Source: Chiloscyllium plagiosum | Taxonomy: Eukaryota | NCBI RefSeq assembly: GCF_004010195.1 | Contig: NC_057715.1 | Span: forward strand, 97,862,648 to 97,926,647 | Length of the DNA: 64,000 nucleotides | Reading direction: 5' to 3' | Part shown: in pieces, positions 24,860-37,950 of the stretch | Layout: each line of letters opens with the position of its first letter | Position numbering within the stretch: position 1 is the first letter of the stretch | Program-made: the position numbers and the translations under genes | Notes under the pieces: generated by a model | Databases searched by the model: none | Told to the model about the DNA's origin: nothing | The model's input: only the letters and a program-made list of their open reading frames with translations

Positions 24860-26145
24860 CATCAGCTACTGTTTCTCCCAACAACCTTCACTGTTCCCCA
24901 ACTCTTCTGCTCTTACATTGATAACTGCATTGGTGCAACATCTTGCACCCAAGCCAAACTGGAGCAGTTAGCGACTTTGCCAACAATTTCCAACAATTTC
25001 CACCCCGTCCTTAAATTCACCTGGTCTATCTTAGACACCTCCCTCCTCTTCCTTGACGTCTCTGCTTCCATCTCCAGCCACAGTTTATGGACTGACGTTT
25101 ACTACAAACCCATAGACTTCCATAACTACCTGGACTACACCTTCTCCCACCCCATTCCTGCAAAAACTCCATCCTGTTTACCCAATTCCTCCATCTCCAT
25201 TGCATCTGCTCTGATGAGGAGATGTTGCACTCCCAAGATTCCCAGACATCCACCTATTTTAAACAATGTGCTTCCCCCACCCCCCACCCACCACTGTCAT
25301 CCAGACAGCCTTCCATCACACCTCCTCTCATTCCCAGCTCCACTGCTCTAAACTTCACTGTGAGAGGTAATTTCGGTTTAAACTTTAAGATGTGCCTGGA
25401 CCACAGACTGATCTATAATAAAAGACAAAACCTTTGTTTCTTTTCTAACAACCATTTTATATACTCAAAAGTAGAGTAGTTAAATTGTGCAGAATGCTGA
25501 CAATTTGTGAGCTATAGTAAAAGCAAGCAGGCTCTTGATTAATGAAGCCATTCACACAGCTGTGAAGGATGAGTCCCTGACTGATAAGACTCCAGGATGG
25601 GGGAACAACTTGAGACATCTGTTTCAAATCAAAGCTTTTGACTGATAAGACTACAGGGTGAGAAAAACAACAAACTTTGGAGACTCTGGAGCCTTTTGTT
25701 GCAGACTTTGTGATAAAAATAATGATGTTTTTAAGAATGTGAACCTCATGGCTTGTTGGAGCCAAGGAGAGGAGGGACTTGTCCTATAAATAATGGAGAC
25801 TTTGTAAGCCTCAGCGCGCCTTTTCTTTAAGGGTGCCCGACTCTGCAGACTTGACTTGTTAATAAAACTTTGTTTTCCTGAATTTGTCTAGAGCGATTAT
25901 TGAGAAGCGATTTTCGTTTCTAACATTCACCCTGACCAAACATAATAAAGACAGGGTCCTCCTTGTCCTCACTTTCCACTCCAAACGTTTGCACATCCAA
26001 CATATCATCCTCAAAGATTTCTGCCAACTTCAACTGGACCCCACCACCAAGAACATCTTCCCCTCCCTACCTCTCTCTGCCTTCCACAACTACTACTCCC
26101 TTCACTATTCCTTGGTTTGTGCCACCCTCCCCACCAACCCCTGAT
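24860..26145 (+). mobile_element. Penelope-like RT relic split by a solo LTR
   Basis: YIDNCIGA..NFHPVLKFTWSI.DTSL.FLD..TDVYYKP.D.HNYLDYT.SHP; after the LTR it resumes as NKDRV.LVLTFH..IQHIILK.F.QLQ.DPTTKNIFP. Confidence 0.85.
25359..25925 (+). mobile_element. Solo LTR (567 bp)
   Basis: TGTGAGA...TCTAACA termini; 5-bp TSD TTCAC (25354-25358 and 25926-25930); TATAAA near 25785; AATAAA at 25861. Confidence 0.85.
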
Positions 26146-26154
26146 TAGGTGCAT

Positions 26155-26480
26155 GGCAGGTGTCTTTTCCCGAGGGTGTGGGATTTCAGGACTAGGGAGC
26201 ATAGTTTTAAGGTGAGAGGAGAAAGATTTTAAAAAGATATGAGGGGCAATTCTTTTACACAAATAATGGTTGGTGTGTGGAATGAACTTTAGAGTTAGTG
26301 ATGGATGAGAGTATCATGACAACGTTTAAATGACATTTAGATAAGTACATGAGTAAAAAATGTTTGGAGAGTTATGAGCCATGTGCAAGCAGGTGGAACT
26401 AGTTTAGTTTGGGATTATGGTTGACATGGACTGGTTGAACCACATGATGTTTCCATGCTGTATAACTCTATGACTCTATA
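26155..26480 (+). mobile_element. CR1 3' fragment
   Basis: GGACTAGGGAGCATAGTTTTAAGGTGAGAGGAGAAAGATTT.. ending in a CTCTATGACTCTAT tail. Confidence 0.75.
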
Positions 26481-27842
26481 ACTACTTTTGTTTCTTGGAA
26501 TTGCTTTGAAGATTTGTTCCTCTATATTTTCTCTCTAATGGGTGATCTATAGATTACACCGAGCAATGTAATTGCACTGATTTTTAGCTATCATTCCCCA
26601 GCTCTAGCCATATCTGAATGCTTAGCTTATACCGCATTTTGCTTTGCAATCTTATTTATATTGGTCAGCAACTATTAAGCATTGAAGTTTTTATCAGAAA
26701 TTCTGCAACAGCATATTTCTATGCTAATAACAATGAGAATTAGCCTCAATAAATGCTAATAAACTGAATTGAACAGTTTCCTCCGGTACAATTAAACATT
26801 TGAATGTCATTTTCCTTCAGAGAATAAAATAAGCATTTTATAATTTAATATAAAATTTGAAGGTTTTTTTAGATGCTTTAAAAAAATTTATGTTCAACTG
26901 AATTTGTGTAACATGCACCAAAATCATCTGAGTCCAATGTTTTTACATTCAGATATTAGAACTATGTCAACTCTCTATTGCAGACTCTGTAGTCTGCTAC
27001 TTGTTCTGAGCATGTATTCAATACATCCAAGCATATTGATTTTTTTGCAAAAATATATTTTCATAAATTTTAGGAAGAAATATATAACAAATAGTGCAAT
27101 TTTGACAACTTCAATATGGTTCAGTTTATTTCTTTTCAGTTCATGAGTGCTTGCCATCACAGGTTACATTTTCGATGTACATTTCAGGTTAAATGTTCTT
27201 TGGTGGATGCAACCTAAGGGTTTTTACATGGGATTTTTCTAACCCCTCAGTGTACTAGGGTGGGAGGACTTTAGACACTGGCCTTTCCTCATTGAACTAA
27301 TGAAATCCCCCAAACTTTGATGCATTCCTCAACACACAAACCCGTACCTTGAAATGTGCCAGTGTCCAACACTCAGTCATTGAAAATCATTTGCACTTGA
27401 AGACCAGGGAGTTTCAGGTCATCCATAGAATGCCTTTCATTGAGATTCTCCAGTTAGTTGATGCTAGTTGCAGTATGCATCACCTTATAGCATTGAGTCC
27501 CGCAATCATTAGCCAATTAACCTAATTCGTCAATGGACTGGAGAGGCATGAGGTTCATTGCACTTATCAACTGATGACCCAACAGGCCAACACTACATAG
27601 CCACCCTAGATTTTGAAAAGCAACACATTCATCAGAATGACTAAAGGAGTTCAAGAAGAATGCCTCCATTGCCATCATAAGGGAAGTGAAGGAAGGCTGG
27701 TAAACATTGCCATGCTAGAAATATCTAGACTTTGAAAATCAAGAGATAAGTTAGTATGTAATACTATCAAGGAACTGATGTGAAAATGACCTTTTAACTA
27801 CTCCAAGAAGGAGCAGAAGCAAAATCAGAGAGTGCATAGGGT

Positions 27843-27955
27843 GGAAATCTTCCTCAGGACTTACCACTAATTGACATCACTCATCCTACCATTAATCCAC
27901 AAGTATTCATAAATAGGAAAGAGTTCCACTCACTAAATGTCTAGCACTTGCAATG
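27843..27955 (+). mobile_element. Harbinger/PIF transposase relic
   Basis: Translates to PQ..PLIDITH..INPQVFINRKEFHSLNV*, resembling the HARBI1 motif IDCTH...NRKG.HSINVQ. Confidence 0.6.
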
Positions 27956-28058
27956 ACTGATGCCACAGATCCAGATATTGACCATTTAGATCCATCACCA
28001 TCTCCACCATATAGAAACAAAGAAAATAGGAGCAAGAGTAGGCCACTTGGCCCTTTGA

Positions 28059-28220
28059 GTCAAGATTGGAGTGGTGCTGGAAAAGCACATCAGGTCAGGC
28101 AGCATCCGAGGAGCAGAAAAATCGATGTTTCGGGCAGGAGCCCTTCATCCTGCTGTGCTTTTCCTACACCACTCTAATCTTGATACTAATCTCCAGCATC
28201 TGCAGAACTCACTTTTGCCC
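28059..28220. mobile_element. Penelope-end foldback insertion
   Basis: Arms TCAAGATTGGAGTGGTG..GGAAAAGCACA / TGTGCTTTTCC..CACCACTCTAATCTTGA; duplicated flank CAYTTGGCCCTTTGAG. Confidence 0.7.
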
Positions 28221-28599
28221 ATTTGGCCCTTTGAGCCTGTTCCACCCTTCAATATGATTGTGGACAATATAGGTTGCACCGTTTCAAAGTATGAAATTTG
28301 TTGAAGCGCTGATTGGTGGCAGACAGAGGGAACTCAAGGAAAGTAACTACATATGAACTACAAATAAATTTGTTCAGAACTTGACATAAGCATTGATTTG
28401 AACCCACTTTGCAGAGATTATTGCCCATTTTACTTAAGAGGTCTTTTTCACTTAAAACATCAAACTTTATGATAAATTTTCACTACCCTCGAGTCACCCT
28501 CTCTGCACAGCATGTACTACAATATAAAATCTAGTACACTGTTAAGGAATGTTTGCAATCATTCCCACAGTATTGACTGTGTTGTCTTTTATGTGAACC

Positions 28600-28928
28600 A
28601 TAGGAAAGTGTGGAAAGAGTCTATTCAGTCCATCAAGTATACTGACCCTCTGAACAGCATCACACCTAGTCCCAGATACCCAGCCTATCCCTGTAACCCT
28701 ACATTTACCATGGCTAATCAGATAGCCTACATATCTCTGGACACAACAGACAATTAAGCGTGGCCAAGCCACCCAACTCACATCTTTTGACTATGAGAGA
28801 AAGCTGGAGCACTTGGCGGGACACAGACACAGGGAGAATGTGCAAACTCGATACAGATAGTCAGAGTCGAACCTGGATCCCTGGCACTATGAGGTGACAG
28901 TGTTAACCACTGAGCCATTGTGCCACCC
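28600..28928 (-). mobile_element. Diverged HE1 SINE
   Basis: GGGAGAATGTGCAAACTC ... TTAACCACTGAGCCATTGTGCCACCC. Confidence 0.7.
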
Positions 28929-29476
28929 CTGTGTGTTTTATTTTGCAGTGGGCTCTTTATCTGGTATTATTGGTCATATTTTATCTCAGTGGGTGTTTTG
29001 CTACCTAACTGTATTGATCCTTCAAGATGCTACCCTCTTGGGAAATGGCAATGATTGCATTATGTTGTTTAATGTCTCTTCGGGCTTTCCATGATTGTAA
29101 ACAGTTTTTAAGTTGCTGCTATGGTTGTTTCGGACTGTTTATTGTTCAGCAGAGAAAGAATTATTTAAGTGGGTCAGCTGGATGATTCATTTTGATTGTC
29201 TTGTTCTCTGCGCTTTGTGCCATGTCTCTGATGTGGAGTATAACCTCAGCATTGACTAAATGCTAAGAGAACAGACGGTTTGCCCTATTGAACCTGCCCT
29301 GTCATTCTTTAAGATTGTGGTTGATTTTCTGCCTCATCTCTATTTGCCAGGTCTTCTTGTATCCCTTGATTCCCTGAATGACAAAACCCTGCCTTTCTCA
29401 GTCTTGAATATATTCAGTGATGGAACTCCTACAACCTTCTGGGATAGAGAATTCCAAAAACTCACAATACTTTTTT

Positions 29477-29802
29477 TTAGATTAATTAGATTATATTACT
29501 TACAGTGTGGAAATAGGCCCTTCGGCCCAACAAGTCCACACTGACCCGCCGAAGCGCACCCACCCAGACCCATTCCCCGACATTTACCCCTGCACCTAAC
29601 ACTACAGGCAATTTAGCATGGCCAATTCACCTAGCCTGCACATTTTTGGACTGTGGGAGGAAACCGGAACGCCCGGAGGAAACCCACGCAGACACGGAGA
29701 GAATGTGCAACTCCACACAGTCAGTTGCCTGAGGTGTGAATTGAACCTGGGTCACTGGCGCTGTGAGGCAGCAGTGCTAACCACTGTGCCACCGTGCTGC
29801 CC
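29477..29802 (-). mobile_element. HE1 V-SINE
   Basis: Reverse complement of the tRNA head and V core; TTAGA-like tail. Confidence 0.9.
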
Positions 29803-30568
29803 ACTTTGAGTGAAAATGTTTTCCTCATCTCAGTCTTATCCTGAGACCATGCCCCATGACCTGTGAGAACCAAAGTATTTAGCATCAAGGTTCCAGAAAA
29901 CATTCAAGCATGGAGAATCTTACAAGAACTGACTTAACTGATTTAAGTCCAGTGTTGATGTCTGCACTAAACATTTCCTTAAGTTTAATGTCAACAGTCT
30001 CTCGTGTAAGGGAATCATTTTTATGAACTCCAAGGGGGAACCATAAACCAAAATAACCAATTTGGCAACAATGTTTCACTTCCAGTAGTTTTTACTTGAG
30101 CACGAATCCGAACCAAAGCAACTTAACATTAATTTACAGGCAAATGATATTTTAAACAAAAAAGGGAATTTCACTTTAAATGGTTAAAACAACAAAAATA
30201 TATCTTTCATGTCACAAACATCTGCAGTACTCCTTTCAGACATGTAACACTACATAGTTGCACAGTTTCAACAACTGTTCATTATACAAGTAGGTTGGGT
30301 TGGGAGTCCTACCAGCTTGCACCTTCTAGTTTCACAAGAATGATTGTCATCAACAAGGCGCTCTTCAAAAATCTGTCTCTTCCTTGGATTACAACAATTT
30401 TGCCGGTGTAACTTCCCAGAGTTCCTTTTCAACTGACCAATCAATAATATCTGCTTCATAGTCATAGAATCACACAGGCATAGACTCACACAGCACAGAA
30501 ATAGACCTTTGGTGAACATGTTTGCTGAACATAATCCCAAACTAAACTAGTCCCACCTACCTTCTCCT

Positions 30569-30880
30569 GGGTGGCACGGTGGCACAGTGGTTAGCACTGC
30601 TGCCTCACAGCGCCAGAGACCCGGGTTCAATTCCCGCCTCAGGCGACTGACTGTGTGGAGTTTGTACGTTCTCCCTGTGTCTGTGTGGGTTTCCTCTGGG
30701 TGCTCCGGTTTCCTCCCACAGTCCAAAGATGTGCAGGTCAGGTGAATTGGCTATGCTAAATTGCCCGTAGTGTTAGGTAAGGGGTAAATGTAGGGGTATG
30801 GGTGGGTTGCGCTTCGGCGGGGCGGTGCGGACTTGTTGGGCCGAAGGGCCTATTTCCACACTGTAAGTAATCTAATCTAA
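30569..30880 (+). mobile_element. Young HE1 V-SINE nested in a minus-strand CR1 3' end (~30457-31195)
   Basis: Intact A/B boxes (TGGCACAGTGG, GGTTCAATTCC), CpGs retained, (TCTAA)n tail. Confidence 0.92.
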
Positions 30881-33800
30881 TATCCCTCCAAACCTTTCAT
30901 ACTCATGTATCTATCCTAATTGTAATCCCAATTATGCCCCATCCACCACTTCCTCAGGATGTTCATTCCACATGCAAACCATCCTCTGTATAAAAAAATT
31001 GCCTCTTATGTATTTTTAAAATCTCTCTCCTCTCACATAAAAGCTGTGCCCCCCTTGTCTTGAAATCCCCCATCCAAGAGAAAATACAATGACCATTAAC
31101 TCTATCTGTACCTCTTATTATTTTATAAACTTTTATCAGGTCGCCTCTCAACTTTGTATGCCCCAGTGAAAAAAGTCCCAGCCTATCCAGCCTTTAGTGC
31201 TTCTGAACTATTCATACAACCTTCCAAGTTTTAGAGTTTATTAGCTAGCTCAAAGAAAGCTTCCAAGAGCTCCTGTCCCATTTCAGAAAAGCTGACTATT
31301 TTTTCTGAGAAAGATTTGCTTCAGTCCCTCACGAGAATTCAGTATTCCCGTTCCTGGGTGGAATATTGTGAGTGCTTGGGAATAGGCAGGAAGCTGGATT
31401 GTGGGGGAGTGCATTTGTATGGGATGTCAACAATCAGCTTCCCAAAAACAGGACAAAGCTTAGGAATTAAATTTTCTGTATTTTGCACATGAATTGAGTT
31501 TCCTGCGTTTTGGAGAGGCTTTTGGATACATTTTCATTTTGTCATACATGCTCATTAAAAAAAGCCAACTGTTTGATGAGGGCTTTCCTTGCAGTGATGA
31601 TGGTAGCAAGATGCTTCTAATGGTGGGGTTTGTGCTATCTACTGTCAAGTACTCAGAGGTTAAACTGAAAGCTTTGGGTAGTAGATGGACAGCAACACTG
31701 AAAGGGGGAATAGGATGGGGTAGGGTGGGTGTTCCAAGATAATTGGTGATTTTATGGAAGAGAATGCCTATAGACAATTGTGGAATATTGATTTGGCCAA
31801 CTGAGGGTTAGGGATTGGCATGAGAATAATCATTGGTGTGCAGGGAGTGCATGGTGATGTGGTATGAAGTCATAGTTCACAAAAGACAACAGGTATCTCC
31901 CACCATTAGAGAGAGACAATTGGATTTGTACAGCTTGAGGGTAACCACTTCACAACCGTGGGGTAAGGTGAGGAGACAGCCAGCACAGGGACTGAATCTG
32001 CACTGTTGACTTTATTCTGCATCACCCTCCATTATCCTTGATGCTCTCTATCAGCTTTCACCCAATAACAGTCACCTGGGATAGTTAGCTTAGTTGGCTA
32101 GGGGACTAGAGGGTAATGCAAAATAAAGTCAACAATGCAGAGGAGTATGGCATGGTAACATTGGATGGGTGAAGAGTACGTGGGATGAGGTGGTGAGAAA
32201 ATGGGTTGATAGTTGATGGTTGGTTTTGTGCACTATTCTTTCAACATACAATAGTGAATACAATCCTTCATTAATGGCAAACACATAAAGTGGAAGCAGG
32301 GGTGGGAAGAGTTACTGGTGTGCCCAGTAGTTTATTAAAGACACACCTAACAATTATGAGTCAACTGAATGAGAACCATGCTCAGCTGTGTTCTCCTCCC
32401 TATGGTCCTCTCCTGAAGACAGCAAACTCTTGGATCTCACTCTAGTAAAATTCCTTGTAAGGTCAGGGGATGGGGTAAAGTGTGCATTAAAGGTTATCTT
32501 CTGTGAACTGAGGCAGGAAGAAATAGGAGAAAGGGATGAAGAGAGTGAGGTGATAACTGCATGAGCTCAGGTCTGGAAGGGGAGTAGCAAGGTCTGAGGG
32601 AAGATACTAGACTATGCAGGGAACATCCTTGTGTGAGAATACATGTTCAGAATGTTTGTGGAGATCAAGGATCATGTAAAAGACAGAAAGCATCTTACTG
32701 AGCTTCCAAAACTCAAAGATAACTGTTGCAACCTCAAAGATGACACAATAAGTGCAGAAGGTGATGGACGGCCATGGGTGTCATATGTGGAGGGTGGGTG
32801 TGCAGGCATCATTGGGCTGAATTGAAGTTCTGAGGATCCTGTTCAGCTTGCCATGGTGGATAAGGAGGAAGGGTTTCTTGATGGGAGAAATCCCAATAGT
32901 GAATGGAGGCAGTGTATATGGATATAGCTTCCATTTCCCAGTACTATGTTTAAGTCTCCTTGTACATGGCTGTATAATTTGGAGGAGAATTTGTCTGTGG
33001 TCATCCATGATGGGCTTCATTGTGACGGGTGGGGAGAGACCAGAGGTTGATCAATGTTAAGTGCAGGCCTTCACTTTGGCAAAAGTCTTGTGGGTCAGAT
33101 CAAGTACTTCAAAGAAATATGCTGTCCAGATCTGTTCCAGCAATTTGTTCACAGGTTACCTCAGGGAAATGTGATGGTGAGTCAAATCAACTTCTCTACT
33201 GTGCAGCTGAGGAGGAACTTGCAGTGGGTGAGCAATGGTCAGGCACAGCAATGGCCAGAACAACAGAGGCAGCAGCAACAGAAGGTCAAGTAGCAAGATG
33301 CTGCCAACCACGGGCAAATGTCTGAGAGGCAATGCTGGAGAAGGCTTCTATCATAGGTTTCTGTCACCACATGTGACAGCTTGTTTACAAAGAAGGAACA
33401 AAATGCAAAGTGCTTGAATGCACAAAACCATTGAAGCAATTAACAAAATAAGTACAATACACATGCTTAAAGTGGAATCAAAGATTTATTGAAATTGTGT
33501 TCTACTACACAATTATTAAACACATGCCTTTAGAATTTATTAATCTTTATTTTCCTACCAATATGCCTACGCACATGCCTGACTGCCACAGCTGATGTAG
33601 AGGCTGCTATAACATATTGTCTGAAATTACGTGGGAAATATTAGTAGTTTAAAAAAGAACAGACTAAAGAAAAACAGACTGAGCATGGATTAACTATTTC
33701 TATAATTTGGCAAACAACACTTTTTGTTTTGAGCCCACTTGACTACTTGATTGGAATTTGAAGACTATTCTTAGAAGAATTGAAGTTTCCCAAATACATG

Positions 33801-34429
33801 TAGTTCAGAGTTAGCAGGATAATGAGGAGAAAAAGAGAGGAATTAAGGAATTTTATTGGGAGAAAACTCACTTGTGGAAAACTATGGTCAGTTGGATATT
33901 CTTGGTTAAGAACTATTTTCACCATCTTTATGTTTACATAACTGATAACCACAGTTGTTGTTATTTTATCTTTTGTTATTCGAGGATCCTCATCAGAAGA
34001 ATGCAGATTTGTACCACTGATTTGAACTCTAGGTCAATTCTAATGCCCAGTAGAAACCAGTTAAATAAATTGAATACAGATGGATCAGTACGCAGAAAGT
34101 ATACTAGGGAACTGCAGAGTAATTGAAATATAATCAAATAAATTGCCCCCATAAATCATCTAAGATGCAGATATCTTCTGATAGTCCGAGGCTTACAGCA
34201 CACCAGCCTGCAGAAGGCCTCCTGAACAGGAACAGTGTATCCTCCTAGGCCTGGGGCTGATGGAGTTGATGGGTCACTGGCAGAGAGGAGGTACGGCAAA
34301 GGGCATTTAAAAAGCCATGATCCACTATTGTAGATAGCCGGTTTAGGAACTTCAAATGCGATGGCTCAGACTGTTCGGGTGATTTCCTAGCATGTAAAGC
34401 ACTCCTGTTTCCACCTGAGCTTGCTTATC

Positions 34430-37400
34430 TGGGCTTAACTGATAATGATATTGCTCTGCTGGTACTGATTCCTAGATCATGCCTGACGAGCATAGTACTT
34501 CCAGGTGTATCTCTCCAGATTTCCTTAGATTCCCTAAGAAGCCTTACCACATCTTCCCATTGTTCTTTTTTTAAGGATAAAAATACACAGTGTCTAAATG
34601 TCCCAGCATATTAGCATTTGCTAATTAAATTGTAGGAGGTTCACTTTCTCAACAATCCACCCTCCTCCTACTCCATTCTTATCTCTGATCTCCTCCACTA
34701 CATTTACCACTTGGCATTTTTGCTCTTTCTTATCTTCTTCTCTAAAATAATATCACTTTAATATATTTATGTGACATAACCAATTCTTCTTTCAGCAATC
34801 AGGAGTATTTACCAGAAAAGTCACTTCATTAAACCAATGTGGATCACTGAATTTCATTTTTAGAGGCCCCCCTGTGTAGGTAAAACACTAAAACTTTGTC
34901 TTCTTTTTGAAATATTCTAATTGCAGCATGTCCATTCTTTCTTCTTTTCCTGTGGAGTTTTTGGTTGCTCCCATCCCATGGGTGCTACCAAACACTGAGG
35001 ATTCATCTTTTTGTATTAAAAACTTTTCCTTAATTTTAATGGGCTTCTTATTTTATGTCTATAGGTCAAATAAAATGGACTGAACCAAGTAGATTCATTT
35101 GGCTAACACTTATTAACAAAGTTTAAAAAAGTCCTATCCTTTGTCCAGATGCTGTGAATATTCATAGCAATACATCTTAATCATTGTTTTCAGAGTTTAT
35201 TGATATCTCTCCAAACGTCCTCACACTTATGGATGATAGCTAGTGTACATCAATTGTTTGATATCTAAATTGCTGATTTGTCCTGAAAAAAATTAGTCAT
35301 ACAATCAGACCAATGTTCGAATCATATTTTAATTGGGAGTTGATAATGTACAAAAAAAGTATTACTTTTCCAAAATACCTTAGCTGTAATTATTCTGAAA
35401 AGGAGCTGTTTCTGGAAATATTGTTATAATTATAAAACCATAAGAAATAGGAAAATGAATAGACCATTTGGCACCTTGCACCTGCTCTACCATTCAATAG
35501 GACCATTGCTGATCAGATATTCCTCATGTCCACAATCATGCTCTTTCTCCATAATCCTTGATTCCCCTACTGATCAAGAATCTATTTTCCTCAGCCTTAA
35601 CTATACATGAGAACTCGAGCCCCACAGCGCTTCCAATTTCAAATAATCTCCCTTCCCATCCCCCCTCAGTAAAGTGTTATTGATTGTCTGGGAAAATTTC
35701 TGAAAATAGAATTGGGATACCAGCATTTATCCTTACAGTTGGATATATTGGTTGTAATTTTCCAAAACTTTTGGATTTTGGAGTACTACTGAAACTACCA
35801 ATGTGACACCCCGATTCAAAAAGGGAAGAAAAAAATAGGTCAAATGTCTATTGCTGGAAAATTGTTGGAATCAATTATTCGGTACTAGCAGCATAGTTGG
35901 AAAACCATAATCTAATCAAGCCAAAACAGCATAGCTTCATGAAAGGAAAATCATGCCTGACTAATTTATTAGAGCTTTTTGAGAACGCCTCATCCAGAGT
36001 GACAGAAAGGAACCAGTAGATGTGTTGTATTTGGACTTCCAGAAAGCACTTGCCAAAGTACCTCACAGAAGGTTAAGTCAACAAATTTGTTAGAGGTAAT
36101 AAATTGATGTGGATAGAGAATTGGTGATGGGGTAATAAAAAGCAAATGAGAATAAGGGGTTCTTTTTCAGCTTAGCAACCTGGAACCAGTGGGATTCCAA
36201 AAGGATCAGAACTGGAACCATGACTGTTTACAATATATATTAATTACTTGGAAAAAGGAAGCAAATGTACTGTGGCCAAATTTGTAGACAATATAAAAGT
36301 AAGCGGAAAAACAAATTGCAAAAGGAATACAAACGGTTTACAGAGAGATACTGATTGGTTAAGTAAGTGGATAAAATGTTTGCAAATGAAGTATATTGGA
36401 GAAAATTTGAAGTTGTTCATTTTGGAAGGGAGAACAAAAGAGCAGAGCATTAGTTAAGTGGTCAAAAACTGAAGAAAGCTACAACACAAAGGGAATTGGG
36501 TGTACCATAAACAGATGAAATGAAAGCTAGTGCACAGGTGCAACAAATAACCAGGGAGGCTATTGGAACATTGGTCCTTTTTTATGAAGCTGGAATATAA
36601 GAATCAGGAAGTCTGACTGCACTTGTGCAAGGTGATGATGAGACCACATCTGGAGTTTTAGTTTTAGTTCCCTTACTTACAGAAAGATATTATGTCATTC
36701 AAGGCAGTTCAAAGAAGGTTCACTAGGATGATCCTTGGTATGAAGGGATTGTCTTCTGAGCAAAGACTAAACTGTTTGGAACTCTACTCACTGGAGTATA
36801 GAAGAATGAGAGGTGATTTCATTGAAACACATGGGATTCTTGAGGGTCTCAACAGGGTAAATGCTGAGAGGATGTTTCCTTTCATAAGAGAGTCTAGGAT
36901 CAGAGGGCATAGTCTCAGAATTAAGGTTGTCAATTTGCGACAAGGATGAGGAAGAATCTCTCCTCTCAGAGGATTGAGCGCCTTTGGAACTCCTTGCCAC
37001 ATAGAGCTGTGGGTAGACAAGCAGGAGGCTGGAAGAACACGGAGGCTGAGAAGTCAACATTTCAGATGTAACCCTTCTTCAGGACTTGGGGTGGGCGTAA
37101 AGGGAGCAACAGATAAAGGGGGGGGAGGGCGTGGGAGTATTTTGGTTAGAGAGAGGGGCGGAGTGGTAAGATAGTGGTAGGTGAACACAGATAGAGGGTA
37201 CGGCCTGGTTGGTCACTGGGAGGAATAAATCCAGTTGGTAGCTGGAAGGAAGGGTCAGTCAGAAGAAAGGAAGGAACGTGGATGGTGCTTTCATCTGAAT
37301 AAAGAACAATGCAGCAGTTGGCAAACACCCTAGACATGAAGAGGTCACAGCTGAAGGTTTCCTCAGAGTGCACAGGAGATACAGGAGGACCAGTGCAGGC

Positions 37401-37950
37401 TCAAAGATCCAAGTGGTCTACTATTTTCCTTGTGTGTGTATATTTGTACAGTGTCATAATCCATTGAAGTGTCCTCCGACAGTAATGACCAAATTTCATG
37501 TGAAGTACTTGCTAACTAGCTCTGTATGTGTAATGATCGGTTTTTCTTCTGCCGCTTCATTTGTTTTGCTATTTCTCAAATGACAAAGAAAGCCTCCAAT
37601 TGTTTTCTTCAAATTTTAGTAGGGCCTGTACAAAATTAAACATTTCCTTACTGGACTTTAGATTATAAAGCCTTCCTCATTACAGCCTTCTTTGAAATCT
37701 GAATTCATTTTTTCAACTGCTTCTTTTTAAGGTGGTATTGCTTATCTGACAACTTTATCCTTTTTTTTCAAATCTTCTCTCTCAGCTGAATCACTATTTC
37801 CTTCCTTTTAAATTCACTTTCTTGTGCCTTTTGTTCTCTTTGAAATACTTGTTCTGTTTCTTTCTCTTTTTAATAAGACTGAAGTCTATTCACTTCCAGT
37901 CCATTTTCAACACGCTTCAAAGAGAGACACAGAATGACTTTGAAACTTTA
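34430..37950 (-). mobile_element. Gmr1-like Gypsy relic (gag at ~37440-37950; integrase C-terminus then RT start at ~34920-34430), interrupted by CR1 and Penelope pieces
   Basis: Frameshifted gag remnant FVQAL.KFEEN...FF..FEK..KQMK. Integrase GPY/F region RIFQKEDKVLV..PLKMKFSDP..NEVTFLVNTPD..KK..LCHINILK.YY. RT start EQWEDVVRLLRESKEIWRDTPGSTMLVRHD. Confidence 0.65.
35680..37010 (+). mobile_element. Diverged CR1 RT fragment
   Basis: Remnants of QH.FMKGKSCLTNLLE, KFVD.IKV.G and AVQRRFTRMI.GMKGLS.E.RL..L.LYSLE.RRMRGD. Confidence 0.8.

Noticed and set aside
24848-25351. 167-aa ORF as a gene divergent from LIPT1
   Set aside because: It is a frameshifted Penelope RT remnant with the catalytic motif mutated (YIDN).
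30569-30645. tRNA genes at HE1 heads
   Set aside because: The A/B boxes continue into the V-SINE core and tail; these are SINEs.
32600-33370. Cluster of short overlapping ORFs, including a Q-rich one
   Set aside because: No coherent frame; probably a decayed DNA-transposon (possibly Harbinger) region, too degenerate to call.
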